This document shows positions 1 through 12,800 of a DNA stretch of 60,483 nucleotides, piece after piece. The notes beneath the pieces are model-generated. The model was not told the DNA's origin. It saw only the letters and a list, made by a program, of their open reading frames with translations, and did no database searches. The translations under genes were made by a program, and so were the position numbers. The stretch lies in contig JAYWIR010000037.1 in the NCBI GenBank assembly GCA_036172245.1, positions 2,170,001-2,230,483 on the forward strand. The letters are read 5' to 3'. Every line of letters starts with the position of its first letter. Positions within the stretch are counted from its first letter, which is position 1. The stretch comes from Raillietiella orientalis (taxonomy: Eukaryota).

Positions 1-1151
1 GTGCGGCTTGGTTGCATACGCGGAAGGAGACGGTGGTCGGCGTCTCCAACGGGGTCATCTGCTCCCTATCCAGATGCCGACGGGACTGGTTCCCGGCTCA
101 GATCTACTTGTTGGAAAGGGCACGGCATTGCAGGAGAATCTGCAGTTCTGTCTGTCCCTGGATGGCGCTGCTCTTGCTGCAGCAGCAGAGAAAGAGCGCT
201 TATCTTGGCAGATGCACCTTAAACGGCTCAACGAATCACATTTGTTTCCCCCTACTCCTCTCCCGCAGACAACTCGCTGATTGTGGACATCCTCCCTCTC
301 CACAGTCAGAAGTAAGCAAACTCACGCGCGCCCTCTTGGGGTGGGCGAGGACGGTCAGCTGGCTGCTAAGCGACGTGGAGCCGGGCGCAGTGCGCAAAAA
401 CTGGACACGCCTTCGTTGCTTCACGAGCATTCTCGCCCCAGTGTCGGAAGAGAATGCTCATGGTCCAACACTTTGCCTGAGGTCCGTAGGACGTGCGTCC
501 GCGGTTGAAGTCCCCGGTTCCTCGGCACGCTGCTCAGTCGGCCATCTAACTTGCATCTACCACGATAATAGCGCCTTCGCTGCTGCTGCAGCAGGAGCAG
601 CGCTTGCTTGCTGCGTCCTCCCGTACCTCAGGGCTTCCTTGCGTTTACTGGTTGTGCGCTCCTCCTTTTCTGGAAACCTGTTGTGCATCTTCCTCCAGGA
701 GAATCTAAGTCAGTACTCCGAGGGAGGTCCGAAGCTCATGGAAGACCTCGGGTATCGAGGAGGAGGTGGCACCTTGCGTGCTGCTCTCTTGCCCCACTTC
801 AGGACTCCACGCGATTGCGCGCTAACCCGTGAGTCAGAAGCACTCCCTCGCCTAGGTGAGCGCGTGCCTATGCGTGTCGCGCTGGTGCGGGGAGGCGTAA
901 CAGGTGATCATGACGGAGAGGTTTCTGAGGCGATGCACGCTTTCTGACGACTTCCTGGATCACGATCGGTCGCTGCTACCCACTGTGGGACGGGCATGAG
1001 GGAGAGCGTAGGAGAAAACGTTCCCGAGCGCGTGCGTGCTGCTTCCCGATGGCAAAGCACTTAGCTTCAGTGACGTCACGGGAGAGCCACCTCTGCTCCC
1101 TGCCTCGCACTGTCTTCGCGGTGCCGAAAAGTCAGCCCGCACGCGGGCACT

Positions 1152-2025
1152 AACTCACGTCTTCAGCACCTTCAGGCGGTAGCACAGAAGCGCCTTCTCC
1201 AGATACGTGCACTCTGACAAAAAAAGGAAAATAGGTAGGGGTTGGTGGATGCTCAAAGGTAGGGAGGATTCCGGAGGAGGAGGAGAAAAAACAACAACTC
1301 TTCGCTCCTCCAGATCTTTATCACTACAGCTCTTGCTCCCGCACGTGGAGCTGCTGAGACCAGGCGGAAAACGAGCCCGCGAAGCGCCCCCTGTCCAGGG
1401 CCCTGAGACCTTTCAGCGGAGAGGTGGCTCGCAGCCAGGGCTACGGAAACTGACATCTCTGCGCTATCCGTGGGTGGAACGTGGGAGGTAGTAACCGCAG
1501 CCAGATCGCCTCACGACCTCTCCAGTGGCGCGAGGTGGATTCTTCGGGGCTTCACATGTCATCGGCAGCATATGGCTTCTCCTGGGATCCGCCAACAAGT
1601 TTCTGGGCAGGCGAACTGGCCGAAAAAGCAGTTCCTGTTACCGTCATGAAGGGGACCCCTGTCCGGGAGGGAGCAGCTGCTCAACTTTCCTCCCGGGGAT
1701 GGACGATGTGCCTCCACCCACTCGCCACCCCTTACTCCATCTCGTGCAATCGCAGCTTCGTGCATTCCGCAGACGGAGCAGCACGTGGGGTCTTTCCTAC
1801 CTCTTCTCCTGCGGGATGAAGGCAACCAAGGGCCAGCAGTGGCATTAGAACACTCTTCTCATGCGCTAAAAAAGATGGCGAAAGAGTCCAACTGGAAGGC
1901 GAGTCGATGAACCAATAAAGACGAAGCGGAGGCCAGAGCCAAGAACCCTTCGTATTTCGTGCTGCGTATCTGCACTTCATTGCCTGTCTGGTGCCACTCG
2001 CCCTCGCGGTGCTCAGAGAGTCGCT
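1152..2025 (+). repeat. Left arm of ~875-bp inverted duplication (partner 18066-18942)
   Basis: ORFs 1481-1819(+), 1525-1848(+) and 1559-1825(-) are near-identical to 18272-18610(-), 18243-18566(-) and 18266-18532(+); ends aactcacgtc... and ...gagagtcgct read as reverse complements. Confidence 0.95.
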
Positions 2026-2520
2026 GCCCGAGTCGGCGGACCGTTGCCCTTTCAGAACTCTAAGACCCGATTTCAGGTGGGCAAACGTAGGCTGCGATCA
2101 GGAAGCGCCCCTGAATGACCTCGTGAGCATCGCGGAAACCGTAATGCACCGCCGAGGCAGCATTTTCTGGGTCAAGCGACCAACATGTGGTTTCTCTCTC
2201 CTGTCTTTCTACTTGCTTCCTTCGTCGAAGGCAAACCTATCCTTTCCTGAACGCTGAGACATACTTGTGTTGCAGAAACATCAAAGTGCTCAGGGGTGGG
2301 ACTTAGGTGTGAGGAGTGAAGGCTCTCGTACATCAAGGGGCACGCACGAAGGAAGCGGCGTATCCAGGCGCAGCTCAGTCTATCCTGGTCTCCATCGCAT
2401 GAGTGGAAAAATCCTGAGCGGGTACTCCCAAAGAAAGACAAAGGACTCTTCTGGGTTCCAGCAACCACCCTTTGCTTCGCTGCCGTGGATACGCGCATCC
2501 CTGATGTCCAAGCATTTCGC
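1690..2520 (+). pseudogene. Highly degenerate LINE ORF2 remnant (RT N-terminus and thumb/connection fragments)
   Basis: GQQWH*NTLLMR*KRWRK resembles AQWRPISVLNSDAKWLAK; VLPKKDKGLFWVPATTLCFAAVDTRIPDV (~2422-2508) resembles RPREEGGSGMKSLAHSMEIMDTRHILDI of the full-length element. Confidence 0.45.
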
Positions 2521-3699
2521 TCAGGGAAGAGTCGTCATGTACTCTGCGACCTGTGAGCTCACCGCCCTTCAGGCATGGACACGACTTCCCAGATCGCATC
2601 TGCCTTTGACCTCTCCCAACAGTTGACCGCGATGGTTTGACACGGACGACAACCGCATCCATAGCAACTGCCGGAAAGTCTGCACAGACCGCAGACAAGG
2701 TTGCAATTAGTTCCGCATCCTCCGGTCTGTCTTTGCAACTGTTTGTGTTTTCCCTGGACTTCTATTCGCCCGCAATACAGAGTCCTTTCATCCTTCTTTG
2801 ATCTTCTTCCCTTGTGGGCGAGGATGCACGCCGTTTCGCGGTTTCTGCCGCTGCCTGTTTAGCAGGAAACGAGCGTCGCCGACTTGGCGTTTGCACGGGA
2901 TGCAAGCAGTTCCCTCCATTTCTGGGCCACCTCCCTGTGTGGTCATGCAGTGAAGCAGTGAAGACAGCAGTGAAGACGTGGGCAAACCGGAGCCTCGCAA
3001 GGGAGAGACCCCGAGAACCATCAAAGAGCACGCTATAGCGGCGGCAAGCAGCATTTCGACGTGGGTCCGGTGCGTTGAGCGAAGACGCATCAACACACAC
3101 GCGCCAGCGATGGCCTTTTGCACTGCGCGCTCACGGCCCCGCGTCCTAGTCGAGTCCTAGAGAGCAGGTGCGCGACGCCTCTCTTTGCGGCTGATTCGCG
3201 GGACTTCGGAACCGAACGGCCGCACCCGTACAGCCTCTTGCATCCTGGTCTGCGCACTGTGCGAACCGAGGATTGCCTTCCCAGAATCCTTTCCTCGCAA
3301 CCTCCGCCTCTCCCATTTCAATCCCGATTGGCCAGCAACCACCCCGCAAAGCAACACTCACCCCGGCCGCTATACCTCAATGACTACAGCAATCGGGCTC
3401 CGTGAGTGGGCAAGCTGCCAGTAGCAAAAACACTCTCTTCGTCTGGAAGCGCACACGCGGGGCGACAGGATCCCGATACCCCGAGACGCCAAGCGTAGCA
3501 GAAGACCTCACACGAGAAGTGCGAGGCAATACGCAGGCAGATCCCCTGCTGGAATCCACAAGAATCGAATGCGGAAAAACCTGAATCCAAGCGCTGAGCC
3601 CGAGCACAGTGGTTCAAGAGACCAAGCTACGAGCAGGAAGACGCTCCGTGAGAGAGACTCACGGCAGCGATCACCGTGCCGATGATAGCGGCTTCCCCG

Positions 3700-4200
3700 A
3701 AGCGGAGATGGCGGACGTTTCTTTTGACCGGACGTCGATTGCGACATCGCAGGGGAGCGACCGCAGGAGGTGCTGCAGCGATAAGTTCCCGATGCCCGCG
3801 AGCCCAACTCTACGGCTCCCGACTGACTGACCGACAGCTCGACGCTGCCCCACGTCGGAAACCATTCTTCCCCGTGTGAGGTATTCGCGATTATCCCGGT
3901 CGCGGGCGAAGAGCAAAAAGCTTGCAATATTTGGAGATCCGTTCGTGCTCCAGAACACGTCCCAGAGGGTCTTAGCGGCAGGGGTGATGCAAGTTGCGCG
4001 CGGAATGGCAGTGTCCTCCGCACAGCATGCGGCGCACGGTGTCAGTGAGTGCATGCTGCAAGGACACGCAGGCACGCACGCTCACCTGGCACGCGCGCAG
4101 CACCGCGTCAACATCTTCGGATTGAAGGGGAAAGGAAGCGCAAGGTTCGCGGTCGCAAACGTCCCGGAATTGCACCCGTGGAGCTGCAGGGGTTCCTCGA
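3700..4200 (+). pseudogene. Degenerate LINE RT N-terminal remnant
   Basis: EVFAIIPVAGEEQKACNIWRSVRAPEHV (3878-3961) resembles the LINE LIPKxGD...nWRPIsL motif; boundaries approximate. Confidence 0.4.
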
Positions 4201-4395
4201 AACAGCGTGCTCTCCCATACTCGGAGCCAGCGTTTCTTTCTTTTCTTTGTTGTCTGTTTTTTTTTGTTTTGCACCACGGACGCGGGGTCAGCGTCTCACC
4301 CACGCCACCGACCGGGCACAACGAAATTTCAGACTTCTCTGAACTTTTCGCTGTAACCTAGGCAATTCTCGAGCGTGGTAGGGAAAAGGAAAAAA

Positions 4396-4748
4396 ATGTT
4401 TTTGGCAGGAAAGATGTTTTCAAAATCAGGACTTTCGAAAGCAGCAATTGTGGTTTGCACCTTGGGAGCTGCGGCGGCCGCTTACTGGTACCACAAGGAG
4501 GTGAGTGGAGGATCAGTGATCTTGATGTTTCTGTTCTCGCTTTTCTTTCCCCACCTTCTCTTCAGAGATTAGGTGCGGTGGAGCAGCTTTGGAAGCCGGG
4601 GAACAAAGAAGGAACCACAGAAGATACAGATGATGCAGGCCTGCAGCGTGCACTGTCGGGGGCCAGTGCACGCTGCCGGGAAAGCGCCGGTCAGAGAGTC
4701 TGCTGCTGCCCGGGGGAGGAAGGGGAGACTTCTCTGTTGGTGGGTTAG
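4396..4748 (+). CDS. Candidate two-exon small gene (~95 aa) with N-terminal hydrophobic signal-anchor; exons 4396-4500 and 4566-4748
   Basis: ATG at 4396; AAIVVCTLGAAAAAYWYHKE; donor GAG|gtgagt at 4501; pyrimidine tract and cttcag acceptor ending 4565 (65-nt intron); exon 2 is in frame to TAG; a further AG|gtaagt donor at 4749. Confidence 0.5.
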
Positions 4749-6635
4749 GTAAGTTTGGAGTGCACGCACCACTCACCCTCTCCCCGTCTTCCTGGAGTCG
4801 CATGCCTGGCAAGAATTCACCTGGAACCACCCGCCAAAGTAGGCACGCCGCTGAACACCTTGAGGGAGGTGACCAACTCCAAATTAAACAGAGTTGTACT
4901 GGATGGTTCGCCTGTGCTTCGTTTCGGGGGTAGCGATGAAGAGGGAGGGGACGTCTTGCAGCGGATGGCGCAGGAGAGATGGCGCCGCAGTCCGAAAGAA
5001 AAAGGTGGCGTTCGGCGAGAAAGGAGGAGGAACTTCCTTAGGTGGTCATACGAACAGTAACAGGCTTTCGAAAAGGCTGCTGAAAACAAACCTCCGCACA
5101 TTCGGACCGGGATCCCGGAGCCGGAGACGTTTTCCCGTTTGCGGCATCTGGAGGGCGGGACCAGGGAATAGTCGCAGGAAAGAGGGCGTAAGATGGGCAG
5201 CAAGCTCGCCTCCGAACCTCGACTGCCCCACCCACAGGTGCTAGCCGAGCGGAAACGAAATCCAGGATGCGCTGCTCAGGGCAGAGAAGACTGGCAACAC
5301 TCATCCTCCTGTCCTCCTGCTGTTGCGTGCCGCCTCCAGGAAGAGTAGAGGCGACCCAAGAACCGGTCCGGTCGGCCTCTGGAAAGGAAGCACCTGAGCC
5401 CCGCCTGCCATTACGGTGTTCAGCAGCTCACGGAGATGCCGTTAGGATCGCGCGGAAGATCTCCCCACCATCAAACCTCCGCGTCGCACGCGGCCGCCCC
5501 TCTCCCGACTCCAGTAAGCCCCCTGCCCTCCTCCCTGCCTGATGCTGGCGGGGTTTGCTCCTGCGGCGGCCTCGAGGTTGATCGGATGGTCTTGATCGCA
5601 AGCCTTTGGTCCTCTTTGAGACGAGGCGTGGCGAAGAAAGGATGGCTGCCAGGAGGTGAGGCTCCCCCTGCACAAGGAGGCATTGAGACGGACCACGGGA
5701 ATGGGTTTCAAAAAGAGCAACGAGAATGTATGAATGTTTCTCTCGAGCGGTCTACCGGCTAGGAGGCAGGAGTAAGGCGTACACCGACCCGAAGGTGCGG
5801 GACGTTTGCGGGCGCTGCGGGATAGCGAGTTTTCATTGGTCGCGAGAACGCTTCAGGAAGGGAACCGGAGTTGCCAGAAGTGGAACCACGCTCGCTCACC
5901 TGGTTGACAACAGAGTGCTGAATCTGAGACACGGAGTGTGAAAATTGGAAAGCCGAATTGCAAGAACTCTTAGACGACAGAGACGGACCAAAGGACCTGA
6001 GCAGCCGACCAGCAATAGCTTGCGAGCACTGCAGCCCATCTACTGAGCGACGGTCCGTCTCCCTGTTGCTCCTTTCGCGGAGACAGCACCGCTACATCTC
6101 TCTAGTGGTGACGAGTTTCTCTGAGCCACTTAGCCGGTTCGGGCGATAGTTCGTCGCACCCTGCCTTTGAAGGCGGCGGCAGAGCCCCAGTTCCATTAGG
6201 CACACCCGAGGGTCCTTCTCCCGGCAGACGAGAAGGCACACCGTCGCCACGACAATCGGAGGCTGAGGCGTCAACTGCACTTGGAGCCCAGGGGAAGCAA
6301 GTGCACGTTTGACCTCAGCGCGTGGACTCCCGTAGCCATCCGGAGAGCAGAAAGCCGGACGCCCTCTGGTAAGGCAACGGAGCTTAGAGGGACGTGCACC
6401 TTGCAGGGCGACGGCATTTAGACAAGTGCTCCTCTGAGCTGCTTGCGCCGCGAACGCAGAGGCTGCGCAGCAATGGAGGAGGAAGAATACAAGGAGGATC
6501 TTTGCCGCGGCGGTGGTGAGAATGGGCCGCCACCTGTGGTGGTGACTCCATCTTCCTTTTCTTCCTGGCGTTGCGCTTCGAGCGGCAGGCGAGCGGCGCA
6601 AGGCCACGGTTAGTCCGCTGCTCTCCTAGTGTCAG

Positions 6636-7300
6636 TTGCTGAGCAGCCTCTGCTCTCCCGTAGCAGAACGGCCTCTTGCTTGGCGTGGGAGAGGTGCGCT
6701 GCATGCGAAAGGCAGCGCCAGCACCGATGCTATCGGACTGCCGTCCAGAGTTCCTCTCCATTTCCCCTTCCTTCCTCGGACGCGTAGCCTCCGCTCTCCC
6801 GGACCGAACGGGATGCCGCGAGAGACCGCGCGCGAGATACAGCGGACGGCGCTCACGGCACGGCAACAAGAAGCGCGACTCTTTTCCTCGAGGGAGAGTC
6901 CGACCGTAAGGAGGGGGAGACACGTTTTCTCCGGAAGCCGCGCGAATCGTTCCCGGAGTAGCTTCCGCGTTTGGCACGTTGTTAGGGACGGTCTCGGCAG
7001 GTCGAGACCATCGCCTGTCTTTTCGCACGAGCCCAGCCGTATTTGCCTGGCGCCGGAGGATTTTCTGCATATCCGCCTTCAGCCTCATTCGGGAGGAGGG
7101 CGCACATATGCTCCAGGCCGCTGCTCGCGTCCCACGCTAGGGCGAGGACGGACCGACGTACGTCCCTCTGTTCCGCTCACTCTGGGAAAGGAGTGAAATC
7201 CGAAATTTCCCCCCAGGCAAGAAGAAGACCCCACTGGAGCGTCGACACCCACCTTGAGCATTCGGTCCGATGATCCTTTCCGCTCACTGAGCGGAACGCT
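6636..7300 (+). pseudogene. Degenerate LINE RT remnant
   Basis: RSPGPNGMPRE (SPGxDG motif), DGLGRSRPSPVFS (WRPISV-like) and RTYAPGR (QxxFxPGR-like) in the correct order within ORF 6636-7196. Confidence 0.55.
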
Positions 7301-9735
7301 CTTTCCCCCTCCTTCATCCATATTCTCTCCATCCCTGCGTCGTTGCCAGTTCGCGAAGGTGTTTTTGCTCGCTCTAGCAACCACCGGGATGCTCCGTAGC
7401 CCGTTGATATCCCCAGACAGAGCATCATCGAGGAGAAGATTCGGAAAGAGACGGCAGGCAGCACCCGGATCGCCAGCTCCGAAGCGAGCAGATCTCTGAT
7501 ATCGGGTGTTCCTTCAGGACTTCAAAGGCAGGGCACTCTGCAAATTCACGAGCGCGAGAGCAGGACCAGCCTGGAAGGCCCGGGTATTTTTTTTTTAAAT
7601 TTTGGATTCTACGTGGGCCTGCAGATTCCAAACCACCCGACACCAGGGAGCCTCCTGTAAGCGCTATGAAGGAATAAAGGAATGGCACGATCACGGAACT
7701 GCGGTTGCAAGTGGATTGCTGTTCTTGGACCGGAGGAACATGGGCATTCCATGTGAAAGTCTCATGTCGGAGCAAGCGCAATACCCTCAAGCCTACAGTC
7801 GATGCAGATGAGTGTATATGGAAATGAGCCTACTGTGTTGGAAGCAAATGCGTTTCAACGAAGCTATTAAAGAGGCTCGTATACGTTTCCACTTTACACA
7901 CATGGGATACGAATTCGAAAGCATTTTCTTCCCAGCACTTACCTGAGAACGTGCGATTTCGGCGACGCAGGTGCGTGCCACGAGCGGCACGCAGCGCGTG
8001 TGGAAGTTCTCGAACGCACGCTTGGCCGTTGCTGGGCGGAACCCACTACTCTTTTCCACTTGAGGCGCAGGTACTCGTCGCCCACTCGTGTCCTCAAGCG
8101 CCATTGACGTTCGGGTGCCCCCCACTGCAAAGCTGCCAGCCTCCCGCGCTTCTTTCCCCTTTGCTTTCCATTCCTTCGTTTTGTGTCTTCGTCCCGCCTC
8201 GAAGTCCGATGTCTCGTGCGCGGCACCCGTTCGAAAGGCGAGCTGCCGCAGCGTCTCGCGATTTTTGCTGTGTTCCGTGTTTTCGCAAATGCATTCTGCT
8301 ATAGTGAACTTGCTCAGCTATGGCAGCAGCAGCGAAGGAACGTCTAAGTTTCCCTTTTCTCACCCTTTTCATTGCACACCATGCAGAGAAAGAAATACCA
8401 ATGCTGACGTGTTAGAACAGAAAATCCTAAAGAATTGCGATGTTTCCGCAACCTTCAGCAAAACTGAAAGTCACTGCGAAGTCACCTTCATTTCTCGTCA
8501 TTGGCAAAGGCAAACGCACAAAAAGCACCGTGGAAATCGAACTGTGATTAAGAGTTGGATCAGCTACATTTGCATTCGTTCCTTCTATACACGAACGCCG
8601 TGTAGCCTTGATAATCTGCTTTGGATGCTTCTTTTCTATCAATGCTGTTTTTTAGTGTGTGTGTGTGCGCTTTGGTGAAGCTGGAGAGTGGCTTGAATTG
8701 GGAAAATTAAGGATTGTCTCTTGTCTTTAAGTTTTTTTCCTATAATTCTACAATTGAAAAACTATGCAATTCTTTCTCCATCATTGCAATTGATGCTCGT
8801 TATCAGCCGGTAAAAAAAAAACAAGTTTGTTTACTGGCATCTACGTTTCTGTACATTTGTACCTTCATGTAAGCATCTTTGATGTTTAAGGATATTTTAA
8901 GTACTCATTATACTAGCAAAAAATGCATTAAAGCCTTTTGTCTACAAAGAGAGGTCTGTAGTGAAAAACACCAACCTCAAAACAGGAACAGTAAGTTGTG
9001 GTTACTCAATCCATTCATATTTGTCACATCTCCAAGTTCTATTAAAAATTTGGGAATCTAAAAATTGTCACGTTTATGATCATGCAAACCAGCAAATTAG
9101 CAGCATCAAAGCAGATGCAGATTAATTGAAGGTTGGGATAAGATTGTCTACAGATATTTTGTTATGATTGATGTCGTGAATGAATACTTCAACCATCATT
9201 CAACATTGTTATGTGTGATTTTGCTGCTCATTTGTTGGGCATTAAAGTCGACACCGATTTAGGTAGTTTGTCATCCCAGCTGCAATAAGACATTTGTTCA
9301 AGGAATTTTCTATTAATTGTCTCATATTGTTTTATGTACACGTTAGAAATTAACAGTAACTCTACAACAGTCATGTTAACGATCTTGTTCTTATGCAGTT
9401 CGCAATTTGCAAGGAAAGTTGTAATTTATGGTAACATATTCTATTGGTACCAAATACTCTGTACGAAGTCGTTTGTATTGGATACCATCCGCTCCTTGGG
9501 GGTTGTCGTTTGGAATGCCCTAAATGAGTGGACACCAAATACCTTTTATCTTTTTGCTCCGTTAACGAAACTGCATGATCCTGTTGTGGTTGTTGTTTCC
9601 AAAAGTGACAACACACGAAAAACACCGCAACATGTACAAAATGGAACGCTTCTGTAGAAACCTGTAAACGTGTGCCTACTCATGTGGATGGGAGTCCAAT
9701 AAACATTATCCTATCTACATTCTCTATTGAGGAGA

Positions 9736-9751
9736 CGTAAAATACTTTGAT
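9736..9751 (+). repeat. Target-site duplication, left copy (cgtaaaatactttgat)
   Basis: Identical 16-mer at 15247-15262; the flanking bases differ on both sides. Confidence 0.95.
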
Positions 9752-9845
9752 TTTCCTCAAGTCCCACGAGGGGTGCAACAAACTGATTTTCATATTTTAT
9801 CATTCATACTACAATCACATTTATACAATACACTACCACTTTCAC

Positions 9846-12800
9846 TTAGAAGTCCTTTGGGTCCTCTAAAGCTCTGCACTCAGGGTGGGTTTCCAGATGT
9901 TTGGTCCCGGGCGTCGTCCTCAATCCTCTTCAGGATGAATCGGCACGTCCAGGCTTGGAGTCGTCCACAGTTCCTGATACCGATTTCCTTCTGTATCAAT
10001 CCTTGGATAACTTCCATCGGGGATGCGACTCTCCTGGCTTTCCTCATCTTCAACACCTCACAAGTATGGCGGTGATGAAGAGAGCAATGGTCGTCCTCAC
10101 CATGGGATTGTAACAGGGAACATTACCATTTCCCTGAAACATCCCGGCGAGGATTTCCATCACAGACTTGTTGTTTAGTCCTATGATCCTTTTCAGGATC
10201 AGCCAGTCGCGTAGCAAAGTGGGACACGTCAAGATGTGAAGTCTCGTATCGATGTCTCCACATGCCGTGCAGTCTTCATCTTCCCGTCTTCCTGAGAAGT
10301 GCTTGAGTCTGGACCCGCTCTGCATTCCTCCATGACAGAACATCAGGAGGTAGTCCTGGGTGTCCGGCGGAAGGTCACTCCTCCAGAGCGTCGTGCCAAT
10401 CGCCAACAGGTTAAATCGGTTACTCCCGTAGCGATCGGCGGCTTCTTGGAGGACACTGGTGTCTTGGTCTTCATCCTTAATAATTCTTCGGAGGTTCAAA
10501 TTGGTTACCCTGGACCATGCGAAGTCGTTGTGGTTTTTCCAGACTTCGCGAGTCTTATGGGTAAACCTACCTAACATCATCTCTATATACCGGAGTATAC
10601 GAGTGTGATGTGGGTATCCTCCTCTTCTGAACTCCTGGATGCGTTGTAGGGTAACTCTGGACCGCTAGTAGATCCAGCTTCTCGTGTCCTGGGAGACCGG
10701 AAGCATCCACGGGATCACCAGGATGGATTCCTCCTGTCAGAGTTCGCCTACTTTTGAATACGATCTTGATCTTGTGCTTTCGCACTAGCCGTTGTTTTCT
10801 TGTCCAGTTGGGGTCGATGGTTCTCCATTCCCCTGTTCGGCCTAGCAGCGCAGTCATCAGGTCTTTGGAGTTCTTCAACAACAACGCGTAGGCCCTGGGC
10901 GCCGCATACGGCCAGTCATCCCAGTGAGTAGCGATATCCAGGATGTGTCGCGTATCCATGATTTCCATGGAATGTGCAAGCGACTTCATCCCGGAGCCGC
11001 CTTCTTCCCTGGGACGACACAGTTGTTTCAACCGGACTCTTGGGCGATAGTGTCCCCACAATGTCTTTCTCTGCACCTTTTCCACTTCTCTGTGTTTTCT
11101 TTGTTCAACCTTGCGAAGGCCGTTCCGAAGAGCACCTTCGGAAGGAGTACCCCATTCCATAGGTTGGCCTTTCGCTTCATGTCAAAGTCCAGTCAGGTGT
11201 ACTTCGCTGCTTCCTCTGCCTTTTTCCCCAGGATTTCCATCCACAGTAGCTTCGACGCAGTGTCGTCGCCAATGTAGACTCCCAGGTACTTGGCCGTGTC
11301 CACCGTTCGGAATCCTCTTCCTATGAGAGCGGAGAGGTCCAGGATTCCGACGGGCAAAAGCTGGCTCTTCTGGGCATTGATCTTCAGGTCCAGTCCTTTG
11401 ATGAGCATCACAACATCCAAAAACGCTTGCTGATCCTTCTTTCCCCTGATGAAGAAGAGAAGATCATCCGCGTAGGCGAAATGGGTGAGCTTCTGGTTGT
11501 CAATATCCATCCCTTGTAGTCTCCCACTCTTCTCAATGAATGAAGGGAGCGCCTCCATGTAGATAACAAACAGCATCGGACTTAGCGATTCTCCTTGCCG
11601 AACTCCTCGTTCCATCCGAATAGCTGCTGTTTCCAAACCGTTGATCTTTATCCGGAAACGTTGATTCCGGAGGATCATTTCCACGAAGGTGCTGAAGTAT
11701 TTCGGAAGTCCCAGCTTTTCCAGAATCTTCAGCAGCATCCCATGGTCGATGGTGTCGAAGGCTTTCTCCATGTCGGTGAACGCCAGCATCAGGTTCTCGA
11801 CGACGTATCGGCTGAGCCCCACGGTGGCCTGGGCACACTTAACATTGTCCGACATGTGGCGTCCGGGTACCGCACATGTCTGGACGGGAGAAATCAGCCT
11901 CGACATAACCTTGCTTAAGCAGTTCGCCCAGATCTTTGCCAACCACTTGGCGTCGGAGTTCAGGACGGAGATTGGCCTCCATTGAGCGACCTGCGTTAGG
12001 TCGCCTCCTTTCGGCAACAGTCTCATCGAACTCTCATAGAAGGACTCAGGTAGTCTGCCTTCTTTTCGGATGCAGAGGGTTAGCTGGTGGAACAAGTGTA
12101 GGTAGGCGTGCAAGTACCGCTAATAGTGCGTAATTGGTACACTGTCAGGGCTCGCCGCCACGTCCTTGCGCAGTTCACAGAACGCAACTTTCACGTTTTC
12201 GGAGAAATCCTCCTCCAGCCTGTTCCTCTGGAGGTCGTCTGTCCTCTTCTCAAGATGTTTAGGAAGGCTTGCTGCATTAAACGACACAGATGTTGTCGTC
12301 CAAAGTGTTTCGTGTAGTGCCGATGAAAGGCTTTGACGATATCTTCTGACGAGTGTCGTTTCTGGCCGTCGTACTGGATGCAGAAGATATCTGTGGCCAG
12401 ATTCCTCTTTTCCAGCACACCGACTTCCCCTTTTATGTTTTTGAAGACGTACCTACTCTCGTACTGATCGAAGTACTTTGAGAGGGAGCGATTTTGGATG
12501 TTCAGCTCCAGGTACGCTTCCTGCCTCAGTCGCTTGTTAAAGTACTTTATGTTGCAGAACAAATGGATCCTATGCTTCAACCGGTCCCAGTCGGCGACTC
12601 TGAGGATGGTGGTGTCCTGCAGAATCGCCTCGATGACTTCCTGATGGCCGGGAAGCGTTTCGAACCAGGCAGGCATGCAGATGAGCGCCGCCCTGGTGGC
12701 CTTTTTCCGTCGAGGATTTTCTGTGCGGAGAGAGAACCGGACCAGGGGGTGATCGGACAACAGTTGTGGAATGTCGCGAAAACTCTGGATTCGGTTGTCG

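Noticed and set aside
12..947. 311-aa plus-strand ORF
   Set aside because: Non-ATG start, low-information composition and no motif. The opposite strand has a lone TGDFN (~504-518) that hints at a decayed LINE endonuclease, but this is too weak to call.
7793..8125. Minus-strand ORF containing a perfect cag|gtaagt donor (~7937-7945)
   Set aside because: I could not link it to a convincing acceptor or a recognisable protein.
9334..9657. 107-aa ORF with IRSLGVVV, reminiscent of a lipase GHSLGG motif
   Set aside because: The nucleophile-elbow G-x-S-x-G is not intact and there is no supporting context.
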